NCBI GenBank assembly: GCA_002721995.1
Contig: PBMF01000019.1
Coordinates: 6,102-70,101, forward strand
Reading direction: 5' to 3'
Origin: Chloroflexota bacterium
GTDB lineage: Bacteria > Chloroflexota > Dehalococcoidia > Lucifugimonadales > UBA3495
Length of the DNA: 64,000 bases
Shown: piece by piece, positions 37,368 through 48,297 of the stretch
How positions within the stretch are numbered: position 1 is the first letter of the stretch
How the letters are laid out: the number at the start of each line of letters is the position of its first letter
Notes under the pieces: generated by a model
The model's input: only the letters and a program-made list of their open reading frames with translations
Told to the model about the DNA's origin: nothing
Databases searched by the model: none
Translations under genes and position numbers: made by a program

Positions 37368-37898
37368 CTAGCCCTCTGATTTGTATTCGGAAAAGTCTTG
37401 GCCCAGTCCTTGGTCGATGAAGCGCTTGCCGTTCTGTACATACCGGGCAGTGGGGTTCTTCAAACGCTCGGCCTGGGCTTCGGACAGGGGTCTAGCCTTA
37501 CCGGGAACGCCGATCACCAAAGAGTTGGGTTCGACTCTGCCGCGTACGATGGCCCCGGCCCCGATGAAGACGTGGTCGCCCACGTCTCCGTCCTCCAGCA
37601 CCACGGCGTTAACGCCGATGAGCACGTTGTCGGCAACCTTGCCGCCGTGGACCACCGCGCCGTGGGTCATCAGTACGTTGTCGCCCAACTCCAGGTGGTC
37701 GTCGGTATGGAGGACGCAGTTGTCCTGTATGGAGCAGTTCTTGCCGATGATGATGTCGCCGTAATCGGCCCGGATCACGGCGCCGGGCCAGATGCTGGTG
37801 TTCTCACCAATGGTCACGTCGCCAACTATGTAGGCGGTCTCGGCGACGAAGGCGGAAGGGTGGATGCGGGGGCTCTTGCCGTCTAGTGGGCGGATCAA
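37368..37898 (-). CDS. gamma-carbonic-anhydrase-like hexapeptide-repeat protein (CaiE/PaaY/YrdA family)
   Basis: Left-handed beta-helix hexapeptide repeats (IGENTSIWPGAVIR..IGKNCSIQDNCVLH). TTG start with SD GGAGGA. Confidence 0.82.
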   Translation of the reverse strand: MIRPLDGKSPRIHPSAFVAETAYIVGDVTIGENTSIWPGAVIRADYGDIIIGKNCSIQDNCVLHTDDHLELGDNVLMTHGAVVHGGKVADNVLIGVNAVVLEDGDVGDHVFIGAGAIVRGRVEPNSLVIGVPGKARPLSEAQAERLKNPTARYVQNGKRFIDQGLGQDFSEYKSEG

Positions 37899-38052
37899 GT
37901 CGTTCCTCCAAAGGTTAATGGGTTGGGGTCCAAGGGACGGTAAAAGTAGTTCTCCGTGGCTGGAAGATGGGGGTTGGGCCGGAGTAAGAATACACGCTGG
38001 CCCGTATGCACGCCACTTTTCGTGCCTGAAAACCTCCCCTTGGACGGGCCGG

Positions 38053-38619
38053 TTAGACCCCGAAAACCCTGGTCAACCAGTCGGCTCCGACGGCGCAGGC
38101 ATAGGCGAAGACCAGGAATTTCAGCAGCTTTCCCGCCCAGACGACGGCCAAGAACCGCCATACCGGGTAGCGCAGCGCGCCGGCGGCGATGCCCACGACG
38201 TCGAATACCGGGTTGGGCACCAGCGACACCAGGAACAGCAACAACCAGCCACGGGCCTGCATCCAGCGTTCCATCTGCTGGTAGACGCGGCTCCGGGCCA
38301 AGACGTCCCGGCCCGTGTAACCCAGGTAATACCCGCTCAGTTCACCGGCGGTCTCGGCGGTGCCCGCGATGAGGCCCACCAGGAATGGACCGAGGAAGAT
38401 TGCCGTGGCGCAGGACGTTGCCAGGGCGGGCACCGGTATGACCAGACCCGCGCTGGCTACCAAAGCGCTCAAAGCCACCGCGCCGTAACCGATCTCCGAC
38501 GCGCCGAAGCTGTTCCGGAGCAGCAGTGCGGTGATGATGGCCGCGAGCACCAGGGCCAGGATGCCCAGGCGCACCAGGTTCTCCGTTTTGCGCCAGTCTA
38601 TCCGGGTGACGTGGTTCAT
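38053..38619 (-). CDS. VTT/DedA-like (SNARE-associated) membrane protein
   Basis: Multi-TM protein of 188 aa with a LVSLVPNPVFDVVGIAAG motif. Confidence 0.55.
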   Translation of the reverse strand: MNHVTRIDWRKTENLVRLGILALVLAAIITALLLRNSFGASEIGYGAVALSALVASAGLVIPVPALATSCATAIFLGPFLVGLIAGTAETAGELSGYYLGYTGRDVLARSRVYQQMERWMQARGWLLLFLVSLVPNPVFDVVGIAAGALRYPVWRFLAVVWAGKLLKFLVFAYACAVGADWLTRVFGV

Positions 38620-39491
38620 CGACCGGCTGGACCGGAAAGCAGGAATTCGGTCAGCATGGCGTTCACCACGTCAGGCTTTTCCATGTGGGGCCAGTGTCCG
38701 CACTCGGGGATGATGTGCAGACTGCTCTCGGGGAGTTGGCGGCGTACAACTTCGGCGTGGGCCACCGGGATGATGACATCTTCTTCGCCCCAGATGGTCA
38801 TCAGGGGCACTTGGCAGTCTTTCAGCCGGTCCAGGATGTAGCCCTCGGGGCGCAGACCGCGGATGTTTATGCTGGAGCGGATGGACTTCAGCATGGCCAT
38901 GCGCGTGCCGGGCATACGTTTGATTCGGAGCAGTTCTGGGAACAGTTCTTCCAGAATCGGCGGGGGCCGGTGAAACATGTATCTGGTGGTTTCAGCACGC
39001 TCGGTGAACCAGGGCCGGTAGATAAGCTCTCCCAGCAGCGGCACCGAGACCAGCCGAAGGAACCAGGTAACCCGGCGTCCGAACCCGCCCGGCGCTATGA
39101 GCGCCATCTTCTCCACCATCTCCGGGTGCTCCAGGGCGAACAGCCCGGCCACCACGCAGCCGGCGGAATTCCCAACCAGCGAGAACTTCTCCAGTTTCAA
39201 TGCTTGGGCCAGGTCGTAGATGAATTCGGCGGCGGAGGCGGGTGCGTAGTCCAGGTGGTCCGGTTTGTCTGAATCGCCGAAGCCGGGCAGGTCGGGAGCG
39301 ATGACCGCGAAACCGGCGTCCACCAGCGGGTCGATGTTGCAGTACCAGGTGATGAGGGAAGTGCCCAGCCCGTGGAGCAGCACCACCACCGGCTTTTCAG
39401 GGCCGGAGACGCCGGAAGGGGCCTGGACATAATGTACATCCAGGCCCCAAACGCTGACTCTTTTGTGCTCCGCCCGCTCCATGGGTTTCAC
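38616..39491 (-). CDS. alpha/beta hydrolase
   Basis: LLHGLGTS, GFGDSDKP, nucleophile elbow GNSAGC and C-terminal CGHWPHMEKP. Confidence 0.82.
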   Translation of the reverse strand: MKPMERAEHKRVSVWGLDVHYVQAPSGVSGPEKPVVVLLHGLGTSLITWYCNIDPLVDAGFAVIAPDLPGFGDSDKPDHLDYAPASAAEFIYDLAQALKLEKFSLVGNSAGCVVAGLFALEHPEMVEKMALIAPGGFGRRVTWFLRLVSVPLLGELIYRPWFTERAETTRYMFHRPPPILEELFPELLRIKRMPGTRMAMLKSIRSSINIRGLRPEGYILDRLKDCQVPLMTIWGEEDVIIPVAHAEVVRRQLPESSLHIIPECGHWPHMEKPDVVNAMLTEFLLSGPAGR

Positions 39492-39503
39492 CCGCGGCCG
39501 GGA

Positions 39504-41996
<2,493 letters not shown>

Positions 41997-42034
41997 GATG
42001 ATTGCTCCTGAGAATCTATGAAAAAGGACCGGCG

Positions 42035-42379
42035 CTATCGGCGCCTGGCCGCATCGTTTTGGTTCTGGTTTTGCAGGGTGTTGACCGCCTCGGTAAGCTG
42101 CTTGACCTCAGCCTCCAGCTCCTCGATACGGTTCATCAGTTTCAGGGCCACTTCCGCGCCTGCCAGGTTCAAGCCCATGTCCTCGGTCAGCGCCTTGAGA
42201 CGGCGCAGACGCTCTATGTCGGCCATGGAGTAGAGACGCTGACGGCCCCCGGTGCGCGACGGCCAGATGAGTCCCACACGCTCGTAATGGCGCAAGGTCT
42301 GGGCGTGCACTCCGACGATGCGGGCGGCCACACTGATGACGAAGCAGGGTTCATTTTGGAACTGGTTTTCAGTGGTCAT
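42035..42379 (-). CDS. hspR: MerR-family heat-shock repressor HspR-like
   Basis: ISVAARIVGVHAQTLRHYERVGLI helix-turn-helix motif. Positioned between the J-protein and clpC genes, as in hspR operons. Confidence 0.75.
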   Translation of the reverse strand: MTTENQFQNEPCFVISVAARIVGVHAQTLRHYERVGLIWPSRTGGRQRLYSMADIERLRRLKALTEDMGLNLAGAEVALKLMNRIEELEAEVKQLTEAVNTLQNQNQNDAARRR

Positions 42380-42381
42380 AT

Positions 42382-43308
42382 CTACTCCTCGTCGGCCGGG
42401 GTGGTCTTACCGTTTTCTTTTTCGTCGGGTCCGGGGCCTCCGATGCGCTTAGCCCTCAGGCCCTTGAACATGTCAATTTCTTCGTCGGTGAACTCGGAGG
42501 GAAGTTTCACCTTTACGGTGGCGAACAGGTCGCCCCGGTGGGCCACGTCGCTCCTGGCGCTCCGGGCGGAGCTGCTCAGTGCGGGCATACCCTGACCGGC
42601 CAACCGGAACCGGCGTCCGTTCTGGGTCCCCTTGGGGATGGTCAACGCCAGCTTTCCGGTGAAGGTAGGCACGGTCAACTCCCCGCCCAACACTGCGTCG
42701 TCCACGGGGACGTCAACATCAACGAACAGGTCCTTGCCCTGGCGGCGGAACCTGGCGTGTTCTTTTACCGATACCACCAGGTAGAAGTCTCCGCCATAGC
42801 TCTGTTCGGCGGAGATATGCACCTTGGAGCCGTCATCCACGCCGGGCGGTATCTTTACCTCCAGGCGGCGTCCGTCCTGCAATTGCAACCGACGGGCCGC
42901 GCCGGAGAACGCCTCTTCCAATGTGACGGTGACTGGGTATTCGGCGGGCGGCGGCCGGAAGTCCTGGCCACCCATGCCCATGCCGCCGAAGAACTGATCG
43001 AATATTCCGCTCCGGCCACCCCGTCCCATGCCGCCCATGTCGGTGAAGGTGAAGCCGCGTCCGTTTCCCGCCTGCTCAAAATGGTCGGCGTGTTTCCAGT
43101 CGTCGCCGTAGCGGTCGTACTTACGCCGCGATTCCTTGTCCGACAGGACGGTGTAGGCCTCGTTTATCTCTTTGAATTTCTCTTCCGCCGCCGGGTTGTT
43201 CTCGTTCACATCGGGATGGTGTTGGCGTGCGAGACGACGAAAGGCCGCCCGGATGTCTTTTTCCGAGGCGCCTTTATCGACTCCCAATGTGTCGTAATAG
43301 TTGGCCAT
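42382..43308 (-). CDS. J-domain co-chaperone (CbpA/DnaJ type lacking the zinc finger)
   Basis: YYDTLGV...HPD J-domain, a G/F-rich region and two C-terminal beta domains. No CxxCxGxG repeats. Confidence 0.85.
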   Translation of the reverse strand: MANYYDTLGVDKGASEKDIRAAFRRLARQHHPDVNENNPAAEEKFKEINEAYTVLSDKESRRKYDRYGDDWKHADHFEQAGNGRGFTFTDMGGMGRGGRSGIFDQFFGGMGMGGQDFRPPPAEYPVTVTLEEAFSGAARRLQLQDGRRLEVKIPPGVDDGSKVHISAEQSYGGDFYLVVSVKEHARFRRQGKDLFVDVDVPVDDAVLGGELTVPTFTGKLALTIPKGTQNGRRFRLAGQGMPALSSSARSARSDVAHRGDLFATVKVKLPSEFTDEEIDMFKGLRAKRIGGPGPDEKENGKTTPADEE

Positions 43309-43393
43309 AAAAACCGGGTCTGTCCGATCCTGCTTCCCCCGTATTTGGTACGGGTGTATTTAGTACAAGGTAACTGAGTCCAATTGTAGGTAA

Positions 43394-43412
43394 ATTGAGA
43401 TTGATTGTCAAT
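43394..43412. promoter_or_regulatory. inverted repeat ATTGAGA-N5-TGTCAAT (possible operator)
   Basis: Lies in the AT-rich divergent promoter region between the J-protein/hspR/clpC operon and hsp20. Arms match 6 of 7. Confidence 0.3.
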
Positions 43413-43439
43413 ATAAAATATAGGTATATAACCAAAAAA

Positions 43440-43460
43440 CTTGACAATTAGCGCTCAACT
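43440..43460. promoter_or_regulatory. HAIR-like (HspR-associated inverted repeat) element CTTGACA-N6-GCTCAAC overlapping a TTGACA -35 box
   Basis: Resembles the HAIR consensus CTTGAGT-N7-ACTCAAG, matching 5 of 7 in each arm. Lies about 85-105 nt upstream of the hsp20 ATG. Confidence 0.35.
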
Positions 43461-43543
43461 ATTGAAAATACAGATTGTCAGAAATGGACTGCCTTAAGCC
43501 ATTTCAAGATTAATTAATACCCAAAATTCAGGAGGAGACTGAA

Positions 43544-44020
43544 ATGGTATTGACCCGATGGGACCCGTTATATGAAATCAGGCGTGCGCACCACCTGGCG
43601 AACCGGCGGCTGGCCGGCTTCCCCTCATTTTTCGCCGGACGCGGATTTGTGGGCGAGGACGAAAGGCGGGAGTGGTCCATTCCCCTGGACATCGTCAGAG
43701 ATGAGGAAAAGGTGACCGTCCAAGCTAGTATCCCCGGCGTCGACCCCGACGACATCGACGTCACCATCGAAGGCGGTGCGCTCACCATCAAGGCTGAGAC
43801 CAAGACGGAAGAGGAGTGCAAGGAAGGCGACTATGTCGTCAGGGAGTGCCGGACCGGCTCCTTCCACCGTTCGCTCCGCCTGTCCGATGACGTGGACACC
43901 GACAGTGTGGAGCCCCGTTACGATAACGGCGTGCTGACCATCACCCTGCCGGTGGCCGAGGCCAAAAAGGCCAAGCGTCTGAAGGTGGCATCCGGCGCGG
44001 CCCTTCAAGAAGGCAAGTAG
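43544..44020 (+). CDS. Hsp20/alpha-crystallin small heat-shock protein
   Basis: Alpha-crystallin domain (PLDIVRDEEKVTVQASIPGVDPDDIDV...YDNGVLTITLP). SD AGGAGGAG. Confidence 0.9.
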   Translation: MVLTRWDPLYEIRRAHHLANRRLAGFPSFFAGRGFVGEDERREWSIPLDIVRDEEKVTVQASIPGVDPDDIDVTIEGGALTIKAETKTEEECKEGDYVVRECRTGSFHRSLRLSDDVDTDSVEPRYDNGVLTITLPVAEAKKAKRLKVASGAALQEGK

Positions 44021-44060
44021 ACCTCTCAGTCCAACCGGCTAGCTGGGCCGGGTCTGTCAA

Positions 44061-44093
44061 AGGGCGTCTCCCATCAGGGAGGCGCCCTTTTTG
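44061..44093 (+). terminator. rho-independent terminator of hsp20
   Basis: 11-bp stem GGGCGTCTCCC/GGGAGGCGCCC, a 4-nt loop and a T5 tail. Confidence 0.8.
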
Positions 44094-44098
44094 CTTCC

Positions 44099-44136
44099 AA
44101 AAAAAGGGCCCCAGTGAAGGTTGTCCACCGGGGCCC
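44099..44136 (-). terminator. rho-independent terminator (minus strand)
   Basis: GGGCCCCGGTG..CACTGGGGCCC stem followed by T7 on the minus strand. Downstream of the lipoprotein gene. Confidence 0.65.
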
Positions 44137-44290
44137 TAATCCGGGCGCCCTTGGGGGTAAGGCGCCCTCTAATGGGGAACGGAAATGTCTTAGGAGGATG
44201 AGCTGAACGTCTCCGTTTCTCATTTACTACTACGACGATGCCCGAAAGTTGGATGCAGTCATTTGGATGTGTTCAAAGTGAATTGGATTC

Positions 44291-45268
44291 TTAGAGTCGT
44301 TTCGCCACGGTTTTGGCCAGGGATTTCACGCCTGCGGCATCGACCAGGGGTGTCAGTCCGTCTGACTGGGCGGTGTGCAGCATGGCGAACCACACGCCCT
44401 TCTTCACGCCCTTCTTGAAGATGACCATGGTCCCGATGCCGGACCCGTTGAGTTCGATGTGAGAGGCGGCGTCTCCGATTGTATCCGGCAGGTCTTGGAT
44501 GCCCGGTGTCTCCCTGACCACAGTGTCATAATGCTCGGCTGCCGCTTCTGCGGAGTCGAATTTGATGGTGCTCAGGGTGAGACTGAGCGGATCGTCGGTG
44601 GTGACGAAGTTCAGTGAGTCGAAGGATTCCATGGAGGCGACCTGAGCCGGGTCAAACTCGGCGGCCCGGGACCTAAGGTCTATGTATACGGTTTTGAGGT
44701 CGACTCCGCCGGCCAGATCGGACACCTCGTCGGGGGTGATGAGCGAACCGATGGTCCCAGCAGGTGTTTCCACCGGCTCGGACACCGTACCGGATGAAGA
44801 GGCGATGGCGAAGGTCGGCAGGAACTCGACCATCGCGGTGACCACCTCGTAATCGGGAGTGCCCTAGAAGAGCTCCACCGCGTCCAGGATGCGTTGGGCA
44901 GATCGTTCCAATGCAACCTCGTGTTCACCGACCAAGCGGGAAAGCCGTTCGGGGTCTGCCCCGGCGAAAAACCCGGTAAACTCCTCGAACCTCTTCCCCA
45001 TCTCGTCCATAGCATCCGCCACATCCACGCCCGAGGCGTTGCGAGGGCTCGCTTGTTCCAACACAACGGCGAACTCTTCCATGAGCTAGACGTACTGCTC
45101 CATCTGCTCCTCGTCGGTTAACTCTGGAGCCGGGTTGGGGGCCACCTGTACTGTTGCGTCTTGAGCGGCCGTAGGCTCAGGTCCAGTTCCAGTCGAATCT
45201 CCGCCGCAGGCGGCCAGCAACGTGAGCAGAGAAATCGCCATCAATGCCGTGATGAAAAAGCGCGTCAT
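44291..45268 (-). CDS. lipoprotein, single reading frame interrupted by two in-frame TAG codons (45086-45088 and 44864-44866)
   Basis: Signal peptide plus lipobox (LLTLLAAC). The three ORFs 45086..45268, 44864..45082 and 44291..44845 share one frame and are contiguous (..EQYV*LMEEF.. and ..AVELF*GTPDYEV..). Confidence 0.6.
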
Positions 45269-45357
45269 TTGGTCTCCAAGTTTTGTTGGTATGCCCTCTA
45301 GACGGAGCCGCCGGGGAAAAAGTTCCCGGTAGCCGGAAGTTTCCTGCGGGGTCTGTC

Positions 45358-45386
45358 TTGAGCGAACAATTGCCAGGTGCTACAAT
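45358..45386 (+). promoter_or_regulatory. candidate promoter TTGAGC-N17-TACAAT (TGc extended -10) for tRNA-Asn
   Basis: Canonical spacing; about 43 nt upstream of the tRNA 5' end. Confidence 0.45.
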
Positions 45387-45428
45387 TCGCTAGGCTAACA
45401 ACCACGGCGACACCCTCTTTTTGAACGT

Positions 45429-45503
45429 TCCCCGATAGCTCAGCGGTAGAGCGGGCGGCTGTTAACCGCTAGGTCGTAGGTTCGAATCCTACTCGGGGAG
45501 CCA
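45429..45503 (+). tRNA. tRNA-Asn (anticodon GTT), CCA encoded
   Basis: Manual cloverleaf: acceptor stem TCCCCGA/TCGGGGA, D arm GCTC..GAGC, anticodon loop CTGTTAA, T arm GTAGG-TTCGAAT-CCTAC, discriminator G plus CCA. Confidence 0.92.
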
Positions 45504-45560
45504 TTTTTTGGCCTTCTTTTCACTACCTGGATTGTTCCATTTCCACGTTTCGGGTCTGAT

Positions 45561-45782
45561 ATGAGCGACGCCGCGGGGACCTGTCTCCCCACAACCCAGT
45601 GGTACCTGTACTCCGAGGAAGATGAGACCCTGGGCAGCAGGTACACCAGCGCCATTCCCGAAGTGGGAGCAACCGTCGAAGACGCGGGCGAATTGGGTAC
45701 GGCCGAGATCGTGAAAGTGACCGAGCTCCGGGCCACCTGCGCCATGCGCCGGTTCCGAGTGGACGTGCGCAAATCGGGCTAG
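45561..45782 (+). CDS. hypothetical small acidic protein
   Basis: 73-codon ORF on the strand free of other genes. No family recognised and a weak RBS. Confidence 0.3.
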   Translation: MSDAAGTCLPTTQWYLYSEEDETLGSRYTSAIPEVGATVEDAGELGTAEIVKVTELRATCAMRRFRVDVRKSG

Positions 45783-45874
45783 ACCGCCCCAACTCCGGGT
45801 CTGCGGCCTGGGGCGCAATCTAGCTTCATCCGAGAACAACCGGCAGGATTCACCCGCAATCCCTGGAGGCAACC

Positions 45875-46231
45875 ATGAACGGCAAACTGCATTATCTGGA
45901 AATCGTCACCCACGATGTTGACTCTCTCTGCACGTTCTACACGCGCACCGCGGAATTGCAGTTCAATGGGCCGGACGGGGATCTGGGCGGCACCCGTGTT
46001 GCAGAGCTTCCTGGCGGGTCCCTCCTCGGCGTGTGGGCACCCCTCAGAAACGATGAAGGACCCCTGTGGCGAATCTATCTACGCGTGGACGATCTGGACA
46101 CCGCGGTTGGTGCTGCTCGTGATGCCGGTGCGGAAATCGCGGTCGAGCGCATGTCTCTCGGCGGTGGACACGGAGACATTGCCATCGTTCTGCACGGAGG
46201 CGTCGAGCACGGATTTTGGCAGACCGGATGA
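45875..46231 (+). CDS. VOC/glyoxalase-like domain protein
   Basis: LHYLEIVTHDVDSLCTFY N-terminal VOC strand; 118 aa; SD GGAGG. Confidence 0.65.
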   Translation: MNGKLHYLEIVTHDVDSLCTFYTRTAELQFNGPDGDLGGTRVAELPGGSLLGVWAPLRNDEGPLWRIYLRVDDLDTAVGAARDAGAEIAVERMSLGGGHGDIAIVLHGGVEHGFWQTG

Positions 46232-46377
46232 CCTTGTCATAGCCTGGACCTGCCGAGTGCGTCTGGTAGTGTTCGGTGCGGGGCGTTTTTACCGGGCCGG
46301 TCATCGTGTAAAATTGACCGGTAACCCAATCAAACATCACATCATTGGTGATGAGGAACCCTGGAGGAGCTTTTTCC

Positions 46378-46863
46378 ATGCCTTCATTTGACGTGGTCTC
46401 GAGGACCGATCTGGCCGAAGTCGATAACGCGCTGAACGGTGTCGAGCGCGAGATAAAACAGCGGTTCGATCTGGCCAATACCAAGTGCGCCGTGGTCCGG
46501 TCTGACGATACGCTGACCATGACCGCCGACGACAACATGAAGATGGAACAGGTAAAGGAGCTGTTGCGGCGTTACCTGGCCCAGCGCAAGGTTGAACTGG
46601 GAGCGTTGGAATTCGGCGAACCCCAGGACGCGGCCGGCGGCAGTCTTCGCGCCGTGGTCAACATCAAGCAGGGCATCGACGGAGACCTGGGCCGCAAGAT
46701 CAGCAAAGAAGTAAAGTCGGCCAAGATGAAGGTCCAATTGTCCATCCAGGGCAACGAGCTGCGCGTGTCAGGCAAGAAACGGGATGACCTGCAGGCAGTC
46801 ATAGCCTTCATCAAGGACATGAAGAACAAACAGCCCCTCCAGTTCGTGAACTTCCGGGACTGA
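46378..46863 (+). CDS. yajQ: YajQ-family (UPF0234) nucleotide-binding protein
   Basis: MPSFDVVS...EVDNA...QRFD start and ...PLQFVNFRD C-terminus are family hallmarks. SD GGAGGAG. Confidence 0.88.
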   Translation: MPSFDVVSRTDLAEVDNALNGVEREIKQRFDLANTKCAVVRSDDTLTMTADDNMKMEQVKELLRRYLAQRKVELGALEFGEPQDAAGGSLRAVVNIKQGIDGDLGRKISKEVKSAKMKVQLSIQGNELRVSGKKRDDLQAVIAFIKDMKNKQPLQFVNFRD

Positions 46864-46883
46864 TTCTTGGGCAATGGCCGGTG

Positions 46884-46912
46884 CGCCCCTTCGACAGGCT
46901 CAGGGTCAGCGG
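46884..46912. repeat. A-type element, right-arm half copy
   Basis: CGCCCCTTCGACAGGCTCAGGGTCAGCGG matches the right arms at 3965-3992 and 4296-4323. Confidence 0.6.
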
Positions 46913-46940
46913 CTAATCCAAATGAGTATGACGAAGAAAA

Positions 46941-46969
46941 GTAAGGGCGGGTTTCTAACCCGCCCTTAC
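46941..46969. repeat. C-type GC-rich hairpin (GTAAGGGCGGGTT-TCT-AACCCGCCCTTAC)
   Basis: 13-bp perfect stem. Same core as 28137-28161. Confidence 0.7.
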
Positions 46970-47012
46970 TACTTTATAAGTCAACTTCCCGACAAATCGA
47001 ATCATGGCACAA

Positions 47013-47093
47013 CCGCTCATGGTGAGCCCGTCGAACCACGCCCTCACCAGCGGAATGACTTATTCGCGTCCTTGGACAAGCTCGTGACGAACG
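47013..47093. repeat. A-type palindromic intergenic element, copy 3
   Basis: CCGCTCATGGTGAGCCCGTCGAACCAC...GTCCTTGGACAAGCTCGTGACGAACGG. Confidence 0.7.
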
Positions 47094-47119
47094 GTGTGTG
47101 AGACGACAGCCAATCCGCA

Positions 47120-47132
47120 CCGTCATTCCGGC
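47120..47132. repeat. B-type hairpin, left-arm remnant (CGTCATTCCGGCC)
   Basis: Matches the arm of the 4019-4047 and 4090-4117 hairpins. No complementary arm follows. Confidence 0.4.
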
Positions 47133-47157
47133 CGTTTTACTTCCAGGTTGAAGAAAT

Positions 47158-48210
47158 CTAGTCCGCGAAGTTGGGCATGACCTCTTTGGCGAAGAGGTCC
47201 AGGGACGCCAACACCTTCTGGTGGTCGATGCCGCCGTAGTTGATGAAGAATATGATCTTCTCCACCCCCGACTTCTGCAGACCCTTGATGCGCTCGGTCA
47301 GGTCGTCGGGCGTGCCGAAGAGGGCCACGTTCTCATACATGGCGTCGTAATCGAAGGTGACGTCCCTGGTGAACCGCCGCCGGTAGGCCTGGTATTCGTC
47401 GGGCAGCAGTTCCACGTTGTTGTCCCGGGGCGCGCCCACCTCCTGACCCGTCTGCTTGAACCACATGAAAGGCGCTTCCGTGTCCTGCCGCGACTGGGCC
47501 ATATTGGGGGCGGTGTACATCGCCCGGGCAACCACCACCCGGCCGTCGTTATAGGTGTTCCCTGCTTGGGAAAGGGCGCTCTTGTAATTCTCGATCTGTT
47601 GGGCCACCTGGTCGAAGGGCTCGCCCTGGCCGATCATCAGGTTCCAGTCGTTGCGCGCCACCCGGTTGACGCTGTCCTCGCTGGAGGCCGCCACGAAGAT
47701 GGGCGGGTGGGGCGCCTGCACCGGCCTGGGGTGGACGGTCATGTCGTTGAACTGCCAGAACTCGCCGGCGTGGTCGAAGGGTTCGTCGGAGGTCCAGGCC
47801 TTGGTCAAAACGTCCATGGTCTCTTCAAAGCGACGGCTGGCCTCATCCATGGGGATGTTCAGTTTATGGAACTCGCCCCACTGGAAGCCCCGGCCCGCGC
47901 CGAAATCCAATCGCCCATCGCTGAGCAGATCGACGGTGGCCGTCTGCTCCGCCAGTTGGATGGGGTTGTGGAATGGAATCACTGTGACACCGGTGCCCAG
48001 ACGGATGGTGCTGGTGACGCCTGCCAGGTAGGCCAGAAGGGACAGAGTCGCCGAGACGATGCCGTGGCGTGAGAAGTGGTGTTCGGTGATCCACACGGAC
48101 TCGAAGCCCAGGCCCTCGGCGTGCTGTACCTGTTCCATGGCTTCTTTGTAGTACCTGACTTGTTCCTTTGGGTTGGGCAGCTGGACCGATTGGAACAGAC
48201 CGAATTTCAT
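47158..48210 (-). CDS. LLM-class (luciferase-like) flavin-dependent monooxygenase
   Basis: MKFGLF..., FESVWITEHHF and LDLLSDGRLDFG.G.G signature. Confidence 0.85.
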   Translation of the reverse strand: MKFGLFQSVQLPNPKEQVRYYKEAMEQVQHAEGLGFESVWITEHHFSRHGIVSATLSLLAYLAGVTSTIRLGTGVTVIPFHNPIQLAEQTATVDLLSDGRLDFGAGRGFQWGEFHKLNIPMDEASRRFEETMDVLTKAWTSDEPFDHAGEFWQFNDMTVHPRPVQAPHPPIFVAASSEDSVNRVARNDWNLMIGQGEPFDQVAQQIENYKSALSQAGNTYNDGRVVVARAMYTAPNMAQSRQDTEAPFMWFKQTGQEVGAPRDNNVELLPDEYQAYRRRFTRDVTFDYDAMYENVALFGTPDDLTERIKGLQKSGVEKIIFFINYGGIDHQKVLASLDLFAKEVMPNFAD

Positions 48211-48297
48211 TGTTTATCTCAACAAATGGAATGGGCCCCGGAAAACGGGCCTAGTTTAACCAATATCGGTTGGGGGCGGTAGTGCCGGGCTACCCGG

